DNA of 64,000 nucleotides, taken from the NCBI GenBank assembly GCA_000004985.1, contig GG738863.1, one strand, 5' to 3'. The notes below the pieces were generated by a model. It made no database searches. It was given only the letters and a program-made list of their open reading frames with translations, and was not told the origin of the DNA. How positions within the stretch are numbered: the first letter of the stretch is position 1; the number at the start of each line of letters is the position of its first letter. The stretch is from Naegleria gruberi. Lineage: Eukaryota. The translations under genes were made by a program, and so were the position numbers. This document shows, one piece after another, positions 23,601-34,123 of this stretch.

Positions 23601-24991
23601 ATGTAAATTGCTTTGGTTCCACTTGAAAAAGCAACAGCAGTTGGGTTATTGAATTGAGTATTTGAATCTAAAACAAGGCCATCTCCTGCAAATCCTGCTT
23701 CTCCTTTACCGAATGAATATACTTGTGAATTCTTAATTTGTAATATTGAGTGAGTCAAACTTTGTGTTAAATAGAGTACATTCTGAACTTTTGTTACTCC
23801 ATAAGTTTTGGTCAATCTAATACTGAAAGGATCAGAGTTAAAAGATGGTTCAAAAGGAGATCCACAAAATCTTGAAATTGTACCAGTTTGAGAAAGCAAA
23901 CTAATTCTATCAGCCCTACTCTCGAGAATGTACCACTCTTCAGTGAATGGATTTCTCATAATTGAACGCGGTTCATATAATTGAGCTTGAGTTGCTTGAA
24001 TACTAATATTATCACTGGTGCCACCACCTGCAATTGTAGTTACCATTCCACTCAATGTGTCATATTTTCTAATTCTATTGTTACCAGTATCCGCAATGTA
24101 CAACTCAGTTTCCAATTTGTTCATCCAGAGTTTAGTTGGATTATTCAAAGTGGTTGAAAGTCCACTTGAATCAGAATCAAACCCAATATTTACAGTACCA
24201 ACTAGAGTTACAATAGTTCCGTTTGTCAAAATCTTTCGTATTCTGTTATTTCCGGAATCTGAAACAAAAATTTCACCACTCGATTGTGAAACATAGATTC
24301 CTTGAGGATAACTAAAAGAAGCATTCAAAGCAAGAATTCCATCTCCATAGAATGTATTGTTAGTATTTACATTTCCTGCTATTGTAGTAATAACATTAGT
24401 ATTGGTATCAATCTTTCGAATAACATGATTTCCGCTATCACACACATAAAGACACTCATCAAATGCTGAATAGAAAAGACCTGTAGGATTATTCAATAGA
24501 GCACTCTTTGCCAATGAATTATCTCCTGAGAAACCTGCCGTATCTGATCCAGCCACAAAAATCGAAGGGGAAAGAAAATCGATATTAGTGGCGTAAACAC
24601 CATTTCCAAAAGTATAGTAAATAAAATAGTCATTACCTGCAATTCCTTTGTATTCATAGTTGCCATTATCATTTTGGAAGATGGATATCTTTCCATCTGT
24701 CAATGACACCTTTCGAACAGCACGGCGATAATGGTCAGTGAAATAAAGACTATTCTTCTGCGATGAAAAGAACATATCGTACGGATACGCCAGAGTGGCA
24801 TCAATAGCCTCACCTCCATTTCCAAATTCATCAGAATATCCAGCAAAATTCGAAACTGTATATCTAGCAAACTTTGTTTCCGCACCACCAACCACTTCAA
24901 CAACAACAATGGCAACACACGACAATAACAGTACCAATAAAAGAACTGCACTACGTTGGCCAAAGAAAACCGCCCGGCAGTTGTTGTCCAT
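20613..24991 (-). CDS. Receptor-like protein kinase with an NHL-repeat (six-bladed beta-propeller type) ectodomain, an EGF-like Cys module, one TM and a cytoplasmic Ser/Thr-Tyr kinase domain. Four exons: 24991-22306, 22258-22142, 22094-21441, 21397-20613. Introns 22305-22259, 22141-22095, 21440-21398 (47, 47, 43 nt). ~1413 aa
   Basis: Signal peptide MDNNCRAVFFGQRSAVLLLVLLLSCVAIVVV. Repeated …ADTGNNRIRKY…, …SDSGNNRIRKI…, …ADTYNHRIRRI… NHL motifs. CTPICYGAVGSSSCGGPLQGSCIAPDTCQC. TM LIAVLVPVLVVLFITILIVVIV. Kinase GQGAFGSV|…K, HRDVKLSNIF, DFGLA, and HPNIL after the intron. Junction phases were checked by hand. Confidence 0.8.
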
Positions 24992-25501
24992 TTTTTTTGT
25001 TTTTCAGATAATTGTGGAATTTTTTAGGAGGGAACTGGAAGTTGGGATTCTCTGCCTTTTTCAGAAGATATTCTTTGTGTGTTTTGATTGGTTGATAGGG
25101 CCTGTTTGTTACAAACTAACATCAAGATATTTTAACTAGTTCTAGTTCAGTTTCGAATAAATGGTGGGAAACTGTAGTTGGGTTCATAAGAAACAGTAGA
25201 TGCTTTAGAGGTTAGATAATGGTTTTGAGTTTGATGGTTTGGTGGAGCATAAAGAACAGTTAGAACTGTTCCAAAACCTAAACTTGGTTTTGACCTTTCG
25301 AACAAATTGTTATTGATATTGGAAACAAATCGAATAATGGAAAGATTGAGAAGTGTAAATAATTGGAAATTGTTAGCAGATGGAATTAGAAGAGTTTGGT
25401 CTTTGTGGTGGTATCTATCATTGTTCATTCCATTTTTAGAAAAATCAAAGATTAGAATAAAATTTTGTAATGATTAATATTAGTATTCTTTAAATTAAAA
25501 A

Positions 25502-27382
25502 ATGTCTTTTCGATTGGCAAGAGCATCAGTAAGAATAGCAACAACTGAAATCAATTCCAAGTCATTTACTGTTAGAGACCAAGGAAAACGACTTTCGTCT
25601 TCGGCACAACAACTTTCGGAAAGTTTCCACACCTTTGATAAACCAATTCATTTACTTTCTCCTCTTCATAGATCAAATAGTCATCGATTCGTTCGCTACG
25701 ATTCATTCATTCACAATGAAGAATGCAGAAAAGTTTTCTTAGAGTTTCTTCAAATTTCCAAATGTGAAGAATTAGTTTTGTTTTGGGAAGAATTACATTC
25801 GTATAAGGAATGTTACAAACAATTCTATATGAAACTCAATAACAAACATGGAACTATCTATAGTCGAGGATTTGACCCGAAAAAGAAACAGAAATTGATT
25901 TTTAACTTGGTTGAGAGAGCAACATTTATTGTAAACACATACTTAACACCAAATAGTTTATTAGAATTGAATTTACATTCTAAACATAGAGTTCATGCTC
26001 CAAAAGTGATTGATTCCATTAATAATCGATTAAGAGTTGAGAAGGATGTATTCGAAATGATTAGAGAAACTCAGGAAGAAACTCAAGAATTATTGATAAT
26101 AATTTTGAATGAATTGAATCCAAAATACATTTTTGGGGATGTAGAAGCAACAGTCAACTTGGATTTGAAAGATCAATTGCAATCTCATTTTCTCAAATCA
26201 GAAATTGGCGCCAAATTTGTGAAATCCAAAGGTGAAGAATTTTTTAACAATCTTTCAAAAAGTAGAGAACAAGAACAGGTTGAAGATGAATTTAAGGATT
26301 TGGTCATGTCACTTAGCAGTTTGAAATCCAAGCTTTTTCAGAATCATATGATTTGCGACTCTTTGAAAAAGAATACGAAACTTGTCATGTTTAGTTCGAA
26401 TTATTCCAGTTGTATTTCAGATGATGATATTTACAGTACCATTTTATGGGAAAGAGATGATTCCGAATGGACTTCATTCCATAAGAATTATGATTCTTCT
26501 CACAAGTTTTCGTATAATTTGAGTTTATCCAAATCTTGGACTATTTCACAATCATTTCATTCAGATTTTGTAAATCCAAAACATGATCCAAGTACTTCCT
26601 CATTCAGAGTTGGTAGAGTTGACATGATTATTCCATTCGAAAGGGAGAAAGTCTTTCATGCATTTTCACAACCAGATATTCGAAAGTACATTGAAGAGGC
26701 TTTGGATATTTCCTTACTTGAATCGTATACTCAAGACTCTTTGGATGATTTAGATGATGCATCTGATTGTGTGGTAGTGTCTGGTGATGATTTCTCTGAA
26801 ATTATCGATGTTTCGAATGATAGAAAGCCGAAAGGTTTATTCACATCGAAATGCTCAATGACTGTACAGAATGGAACTTCCATCTTGCAAAGATTCGAAA
26901 AAAAGAAGGTTTACGATATGAATCATACCACTTTATATGATTCAGAGCTAGATTGCATCATTCATGTGTCCAAGTCAATTGTCAAGGATTCAAAATCTGA
27001 TAATCTTGGATTTTCACACTTTTTCTTTTACAGAGATAATGAATCTGGATCTGATTCCACCTACATGGTACATCTATTCAATCTGGAAAAGAAACGTATC
27101 GATTCCAAATTTAAAATGAAACAAACCATCAAGTCACGTGTCAAACGAGTGAAACAAACTTTCCATAATTATTTCTCCAAACATTCTGACGTTTCCGACC
27201 TACTTCGAACCAATGATCCTCTCTACATTGTAAATACCTTACTATTGAACAAATTTTCCAATCCACATCGTTCATGGTATCGAGAATTATTGAAAGAAAC
27301 AAAAAGTATTAATTTTCAAAAAGAATTGAAATCAAATTTTACGTTGAGTTGTGAATCTTTGAAAAATAATACGAGTTTTTAA
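25502..27382 (+). CDS. RGS (regulator of G-protein signalling) domain-containing protein (626 aa)
   Basis: RYDSFIHNEECRKVFLEFLQISKCEELVLFWEEL…FIVNTYLTPNSLLELNL resembles the RGS box. The rest is low-complexity. Single exon. Confidence 0.5.
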   Translation: MSFRLARASVRIATTEINSKSFTVRDQGKRLSSSAQQLSESFHTFDKPIHLLSPLHRSNSHRFVRYDSFIHNEECRKVFLEFLQISKCEELVLFWEELHSYKECYKQFYMKLNNKHGTIYSRGFDPKKKQKLIFNLVERATFIVNTYLTPNSLLELNLHSKHRVHAPKVIDSINNRLRVEKDVFEMIRETQEETQELLIIILNELNPKYIFGDVEATVNLDLKDQLQSHFLKSEIGAKFVKSKGEEFFNNLSKSREQEQVEDEFKDLVMSLSSLKSKLFQNHMICDSLKKNTKLVMFSSNYSSCISDDDIYSTILWERDDSEWTSFHKNYDSSHKFSYNLSLSKSWTISQSFHSDFVNPKHDPSTSSFRVGRVDMIIPFEREKVFHAFSQPDIRKYIEEALDISLLESYTQDSLDDLDDASDCVVVSGDDFSEIIDVSNDRKPKGLFTSKCSMTVQNGTSILQRFEKKKVYDMNHTTLYDSELDCIIHVSKSIVKDSKSDNLGFSHFFFYRDNESGSDSTYMVHLFNLEKKRIDSKFKMKQTIKSRVKRVKQTFHNYFSKHSDVSDLLRTNDPLYIVNTLLLNKFSNPHRSWYRELLKETKSINFQKELKSNFTLSCESLKNNTSF

Positions 27383-27579
27383 TTTTATCTCTTTTAATAA
27401 AATAAAAATGTAAATAATAATGATTTCCAAATTAAGAATATATGTTTGAGTATTCGAAACAATTCATAAAGAAAACCATTTAACTGTAGTATTTACAACA
27501 AACTAACTACAGTTAAACGATCAAATTCCTAATTGGACGACTGTCAATCTCTTCATTATTTCTGTAACAAAACCTTCAC

Positions 27580-28795
27580 ATGTCAAAACGCTTGAAAAAA
27601 ATGCGTCCCTATCTCAAGCATTTGTATTCCTCATCACCCAAGAAATCATCTTCAAATAACAAATCAGAAAAGATTAATACACCTTCGAATAGTTTATCCA
27701 TAGTTTCGTCTAAAAAAACTTCGTCACCCAAGAAGGTTGTTATTATTGCTGAATCAGAAACGGAGAAGGAGGAGCACAAATCAAATATCGATAGGGCAAG
27801 TGATCATAAACTCATCAAACCTTCATCATTTAGAATTAAAAAGGGAATTATTCAAGATTCGAATAGAGATGATTTCCTACGAATTCATTTCGACAAGTTT
27901 CGAGAAGGTAAATTAATTTTAATTCTCAATCATTCATTCATCAAATATTGAAACAGTTCAACCTGAAGGAGAAACAAAATCATCCAATGAAACTTTATCC
28001 GAAACTTCCTTAACCAGAACAAAGAGTTCTCCAAATATGGAGAAATCAAAAACTCAACAAAAAACCGAAACAAAACGAAACCACCATCACAATCAACATC
28101 GAAATTCACTTTCCCACCAAAAAACAATTCGTCCGCTCCAACCACAAGATGAAGATAAATTAGATCTTCCATCATGTATAATGAATTCTCTATATTTGGG
28201 AGATTGTTTCCAAGCAACTAATAAGAAATCAATTGACCATTTGAAAATTACACACATTGTTAATTGTACAAAGAATGTTGAAAACAAATTTGAAAGAAAT
28301 CATGAAATTTCAGATCATTCCAAATTGGAACATGTTCAAAGTATTGATTTGGACGTTTCTGAAATTAATTTAGAAGATGAATGTGTTAAAAATATGGAAA
28401 ATGTTAAATTAAAAGATAATAGACAAGTGAAATATTTGAGAATTCCAATTGAAGATGTACATACTGAGGATATTTATCAATATTTTCAAGAGGCACATAA
28501 TTTTATTGAAGAGGCAATGTTTGAATGTGGAATTGTACTTGTACATTGTGCTGCTGGAGTTTCTAGAAGTTCTACTATTGTAATTTCACATGTTATGAAA
28601 AAGATGGGCCTTTCTTTCATGTTTGCTTTCAATATGGTGAAGAGAAGAAGGAGAATGATCATGCCAAATGAAGGATTTTTCAATCAATTATTGGAATGGG
28701 AAAGAAAACTAAATGGTGGTAAATCAATTTCTCAATTTAAAGATGGATACATGGATTTATTGGAAATTGAACAGCAAATGTATAGTTCCTACTAA
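27580..28795 (+). CDS. Dual-specificity protein phosphatase, two exons (27580-27907, 27957-28795; intron 27908-27956, 49 nt), ~388 aa
   Basis: Catalytic loop VHCAAGVSRSSTIV (HCx5R[ST]). S-rich N-terminal exon. GTAAAT…ACAG intron, and the phases close. Confidence 0.8.
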
Positions 28796-29000
28796 TTTAC
28801 TCTATCCATAGAGTGTCTATCGTTTGATAGAATAATTCCATATCAAGAGATTGTCTACTTTCTAGTCAATCACCAACTATTCCAAATTACCATTTTTGGA
28901 AAATTCTATAATTGTAAATAACAATGAACAATTCATTCACCAAATTGTATTTAACAACTGAAAATTATCTTACATTCACAATCAAAACAAAAATCAAAAC

Positions 29001-29942
29001 ATGAAAACTTTACTTTTCATTGCAATTTGTCTCTTAATTACTTGGTTGACTTTCATCAAGGCCAACAATGTTGTAATCAACAATAACCAAGAAAATGCAG
29101 CACCAACCGAAGCTTTGAAACAAAAGAGAGGTAATCCAATGCCATACTATTCACAACGTCCACACACTGATTGTTATACTTACAAACATGGTAAACCATG
29201 TCCAAAACCATCACCTTCTCCACTTCCATCTTTTGGTATTCCTGGAGGTTCTTCACCAATTGATGTGTACGTTCCAACATCTGCTTCATGTGCAAATGCA
29301 TTCGCATCCATTTCTTCATACACTTTCGAATCTGGTAATCTAGTTCAATATAGACAATGTAGATCTTTAGTTTTATGTTTACAAAGATGGGTTGAACAAT
29401 TGCTTCAACTTATTCTTGCTGGATTGACTCCTGGAGCTACATTTTCCAATACTCTTTCAAGTGTAGTGGTTGAATTGAATACTGCATTTGGTTATGTCAA
29501 TTCAAATCTTGGTGGAATTTTATCCGAATCTGGAACAACAGTTAATCCAGTTACACCACCTAATTCTCCATGTACATTAGAATTTGCACCTGTCTTGGCA
29601 GCTAATGGTCTTGTCTATCCAAATGAATGTTCAGCTCGTGTTGCAGGAGCTCCAAATCCATACGTCAATGTCACCTTAAATGAAGGAGCTACTGCTAGTG
29701 CAGGTGCTTATTCATTGAGCGATGTTACCAATCCTAGAATTGCATTGACAGTCTTATACACTAAATATGTTGTCAAAATTTTAGGTTTCATTCAAACTTA
29801 TTTGAATGAGTGCGTCTTATCAACTGAGAGTAGAGTTTTCACAAGTGGAATTTCCTCATTGAATACTGCAATTGGATTGATTTGGAGTGGAGATTACAAT
29901 GCAGCAAAGAATTTGGTACTCGATTTATCAAGAAATGTTTAA
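29001..29942 (+). CDS. Secreted protein (313 aa) with a signal peptide and a Kazal-like Cys motif
   Basis: MKTLLFIAICLLITWLTFIKA. CTLEFAPVLAANGLVYPNECSARVAG resembles the Kazal C…PVCG.dG.TY.N.C spacing. Confidence 0.4.
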   Translation: MKTLLFIAICLLITWLTFIKANNVVINNNQENAAPTEALKQKRGNPMPYYSQRPHTDCYTYKHGKPCPKPSPSPLPSFGIPGGSSPIDVYVPTSASCANAFASISSYTFESGNLVQYRQCRSLVLCLQRWVEQLLQLILAGLTPGATFSNTLSSVVVELNTAFGYVNSNLGGILSESGTTVNPVTPPNSPCTLEFAPVLAANGLVYPNECSARVAGAPNPYVNVTLNEGATASAGAYSLSDVTNPRIALTVLYTKYVVKILGFIQTYLNECVLSTESRVFTSGISSLNTAIGLIWSGDYNAAKNLVLDLSRNV

Positions 29943-30135
29943 TTTTTCTTTACAATTTTAATGTAAATTTTGATTCCAAAATTGGAAGGTGAGAAAATTT
30001 CGATTTCAACCAACTTGTGAGTTTTCAATAAAAATTTTGCGTGTTTATTGCATTTGGTATCCACTTAAAACCTATTGGACAAGACTATATTTCATCTCTT
30101 GCCAACAAAATGACACCTGTCACTCATCAAAAAAA

Positions 30136-31425
30136 ATGCAATTCATCAAGAGCCTTCAACGAACTAATTCCTTCAAAACAAATAATGCACAAGAATGGTC
30201 CAAGAAGGAGCTTGAGCTCTTCTTTCGATCTATCGGATTAGAATTATTCACTTCTAAAATATTTTCCAAGCAAAATCCTTTATTTTCATCAGTTGAAAAT
30301 GGTGAAATGTTCTTGACAGCTGTCAATAATATATTTAATAATACTGATACAATGTTACAAGAGAAGAGTTCTTGTATTGACTTGTATGATCCATATGCAA
30401 AATTAGATACAAAATCACTTTCTTTTTTAGTGTCAAGTGTCAGCCATTTAATTGATGACTTGGATATTGGATTGTATAAAGTTCATGAATTGGAAGGGTT
30501 AATTGGAGCATTTTTACATATTTCTATTGATAATCAATCATATAGATCATCAAATAATTCTAAAGCAACTAAACCAAGTGCTAAATTCGATTCCATTCCA
30601 ACACATCCATTAATTAAACAAAGATTGAATCAATTAAACTTGTATTTAAAGATTCAAAAGACATATTTCCAAGAATTATCAGAAAAGAATGAAAATCAAG
30701 GAAAAGAAATTGACATTTCTCATTCAGGTGAAGAAGAAAATGATTTTTACAATTTTCAACAAAATTTTGTATTGGACCATTTCATTGCTTTACAATATTT
30801 CAGATTTGATCAGAATTCTGTACAGAAAAATAAGGTAGCCAATCAAATGAGTAGTTCAAGTGAATCAGGATTAGTGGAAGATCAACAATTTTTAACAGAA
30901 GGTGTGAAATTTGGTCATTTACGTAAACTTTCCATTCAATTGAATAATTTGAAAAATAATGTGAATCATTATGATGAAAATTTCACAACTCATGAAAAGA
31001 ATAAGGGTTCCAAATCATTGTTCTTTGCCTCTTCAGGTGATAAGGGATTTTTCGTTTCACAAAGTATTGAAAGTGTTGAAGCAGCATTTATTGGAAATGG
31101 AGTTGATTGTCGATTGCTGACAACTCATCAAGTGATGGAATATTTGAGATATAGAAGAATTATGAAAAAATCATCACTCTTACAAATTATTGATTTGAAT
31201 GAAATTGATGGTCAAGTTTTTGTTACAATGAGAGATCCAATGGAATGGAAAGTTTTACTGTATCCATACAGGAATGAGATACCAGGCGCCAAGAATGGAA
31301 GTGTCTATGAATGTATTTGTACTTTGGCAAATGCATTGGCAAATATTGTAAAGGCAATTTGTAAGAATAATTTCAAATTGGGTGAAAATAAGGAAGCAAG
31401 GGAATTGAAACAACTTGAACTGTAA
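30136..31425 (+). CDS. Hypothetical protein with an N-terminal SAM-like domain (~429 aa from the first ATG)
   Basis: WSKKELELFFRSIGLELFTSKIF…ENGEMFLTA is SAM-like. The track ORF begins earlier at a GTG (29989). Remainder unrecognised. Confidence 0.4.
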   Translation: MQFIKSLQRTNSFKTNNAQEWSKKELELFFRSIGLELFTSKIFSKQNPLFSSVENGEMFLTAVNNIFNNTDTMLQEKSSCIDLYDPYAKLDTKSLSFLVSSVSHLIDDLDIGLYKVHELEGLIGAFLHISIDNQSYRSSNNSKATKPSAKFDSIPTHPLIKQRLNQLNLYLKIQKTYFQELSEKNENQGKEIDISHSGEEENDFYNFQQNFVLDHFIALQYFRFDQNSVQKNKVANQMSSSSESGLVEDQQFLTEGVKFGHLRKLSIQLNNLKNNVNHYDENFTTHEKNKGSKSLFFASSGDKGFFVSQSIESVEAAFIGNGVDCRLLTTHQVMEYLRYRRIMKKSSLLQIIDLNEIDGQVFVTMRDPMEWKVLLYPYRNEIPGAKNGSVYECICTLANALANIVKAICKNNFKLGENKEARELKQLEL

Positions 31426-31558
31426 TAAAATCATAATCAAATAATTAAATATTTACAATTTTTATTTTGAAATATTTACAAAGAATTTGAAACCTAGTTC
31501 AATATCTATAAAAAATTCAAAAGTGGGAAGCTAATTCGATATATTAAAATCAACAAAA

Positions 31559-32998
31559 TCACCATCCAAATTCAATCTTTTTCTGTCTCTTCTCAATCCA
31601 TTCCAAAATTCTATTCATCGTATTCTCGAAACAAACTTCAAACAGTAAATCATGATAAAGACCTGAACAAATTTCAATTTCCTTATCTTGAACAAGTGTT
31701 GTCTTCTCCATGAGGAGATTGGCACCTGATGGATCACAATATTCATCCTCTGATCCTTGTAAAACTAGAAATGGTGTTCCAATTTTGGAAATATCTTGAT
31801 CTTTGAATTGTTTGGTCATTTCAAGAATTTGGAAACAACATTTTGCTTTGAGTTTTTCCTTAATGGTGAGTGGATCCTTCTTGAAATTCTCAATTTCTTC
31901 CTGACTATGAGTTCTCTTTTGTAATTTCAATTCCATGACAGACATGTTTGGCAGACAAGCGGCAATTCCTTTTGCAATTCTAGAAATTTAATGAATTTCT
32001 AAACATTTCATATGAAAAATTACTTACTTTTGGAGGAAGGCATGTAATTCTGATGGAACTGTAACCATAGGAGCACTCAGAACCATTCCATTAATAAATG
32101 CAGGTCTTTCAATGGACATGTACATGGCCACAGTAGCTCCAATTCCTTGTCCAAAGAGGAATATTGGTTTTCTTGGATTATGTTGACTTGTAGAGGTACT
32201 ATTCTTTCCATGTTGAGCAAATCCATCATAACTTTCAACATCTGATTGTCTGGCAATATCCAGATTAGGTAAAAGTGGTTGAGCTGATGGAAAATGATCA
32301 ACTTCCACCAAACCAGATATAATTTCCATTATAGATTTCATTTTAGAAGGTGAATATATCTGATCCACAACTGTTTCCATATTTCCACTTGATTTTGACT
32401 TTCTTTTTAAACCAGAAGTCAAACTTTTTCTATTTTTGGAAATATTCAACTCTGTTTCTGAAGAAAATGATAAAGACAATATTTCTTTACCTTCCTTATC
32501 ACAAGTATTCAAATGTAGAGTTCCATTTGCAATCAAATCCAAAAACTGAATTCCATTTTGTAACCACATTGTAAAGTCGTCAATAAATGCTGGTTTTCCA
32601 TCTGATTTTCCATGACCTTCCATATCGAATGAAAACACAGCAAAATGCCTCGATAATAACTCATTAGTAAGTGTTGAATATCTGCCAGCTTTTTGTAAAC
32701 TTGTTTGAAAAATTTACAATTTGTTTTTTAACTTACAATGCTCGTTGAGTCCGTGACAAATAATTACAACACCACGAATCTTTAAATCTGATGGACACCA
32801 TACTTGATAATGGATTCTACTAGATGGTATTTTAGATTTGATGGATTTCGAACTGGTTGAACTGTCAGTTGTCGAAGAATTTGATGGATCATTAGATGAC
32901 ACATCCCTGTTCACATTTTGATAGTTGCATTGGAAATAACCTGCTTGTTGGAAGGATGAAACGTTGAACGATCCGAATGATGAAAAGCTTCTTAACAT
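31559..32998 (-). CDS. Monoacylglycerol-lipase/lysophospholipase-like alpha/beta-hydrolase homologue LACKING the nucleophile serine (likely pseudoenzyme). Three exons: 32998-32737, 32688-32028, 31979-31559. Introns 32736-32689 and 32027-31980 (48 nt each). ~447 aa
   Basis: VVIICHGLNEH|SGRY (MGLL HGxGEHSGRY). The nucleophile elbow reads LFGQGIGATVAMYM, where the family has GHSMGG; the DNA is ggacaaggaattgga at 32138-32152 (- strand). The catalytic Asp and His contexts are kept (LVLQGSEDEYCDPSGA; GLYHDLLFE). A large S/K-rich insertion lies before the elbow. Confidence 0.75.
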
Positions 32999-34123
32999 TT
33001 TTTTTTAAAATGGTTTTGGCAGGTGACTTTGAAAGGTCAATAACAGTTCCGTCGTTTTTTTAAATATGATCAATCTATCTCTTCAGTTTTTGTAATTGTG
33101 GTCAGCATGCAACATTCTTATAATCAACATGTTTCGGTTAGAATACCTCTTATTTGATTATTAGAAACAAAACTAAACATTTATTTTGAACCATTTTTAC
33201 ACCTTTTGTAAAGGGTATTTCAGTCTGTTTAAATTCTCCTCACTTCTCAGTCCTATCTTCATCTCAGTTTATCCCGAAATATGAAACGATGAGTTTCACA
33301 AAGTTTCCAATATCTGCACGGGTGTGGACGAATCCTTTCCTCACCAAACCTCTTATAAACTCCTTCAGTTGACCATTGGTATGTTTCAATTTCAAATAAT
33401 ATTCGATATTCAGGAACCAAAAGTTAAAAATACGAAACAACTTAAACTTTACAATGCATCAATTCTTAGAATTAAATGTAGCAATCACACGGCAACTAAA
33501 AAAAGAATTGGAGAAGGCAAAACTGCAGTTAAGGATCATGAATGGTGATTGCTGGAAAAACGGCCTGAAGTGATCTCTGTAGTTTTTTATCAAACACACA
33601 TATTTACTGCTTCACAAATGATAGAATGTATTCTTAAGTTTAATGTCGTTCCATTCAATATTGAATCAGTTTTTGAAAAATAGTATATAGCTTGTCGATA
33701 GGAGTATGGGAACTATTCGAAATTATTAGTTTTGTAAAATGTTTGGAAAAAGTGCAAAGTTATCTCCTTTCAATTTCGAACTTTCAAGACCTCACAATCT
33801 CATTGACATCAATGTTTCACTGAATCTCTACTGACCTTTCGAATAAACATTAAATATATTATTTAATACAATACATTAAAATTCCACAATCCAACAAATA
33901 AACTGTAAATCGATTCCCACTCAATTCAAATGAGATACGCAATCTTAAAGTGAACCTTATCGTTGTATTCACTTTACAGTTTCCTTCTAGGTTGTGAAAA
34001 TTGAAAGCTGACGTTGAAGACTGACACGAAGAAAGACACAACAACAAAAACGAGAAAACCGCAAAACAACAAGCGCTTCATCCTTTTAAAAAAAATAATC
34101 TACATCCTATTATCAACTGCCAA

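Noticed and set aside
15836-24296. Numerous 60-100-aa ORFs antisense to, or out of frame within, the large CDSs (e.g. 15836-16033, 15979-16203, 17297-17512, 23438-23626, 24018-24296, 24700-24963)
   Set aside because: These are typical spurious ORFs in AT-rich coding DNA. They have no motifs and are fully contained in well-supported genes.
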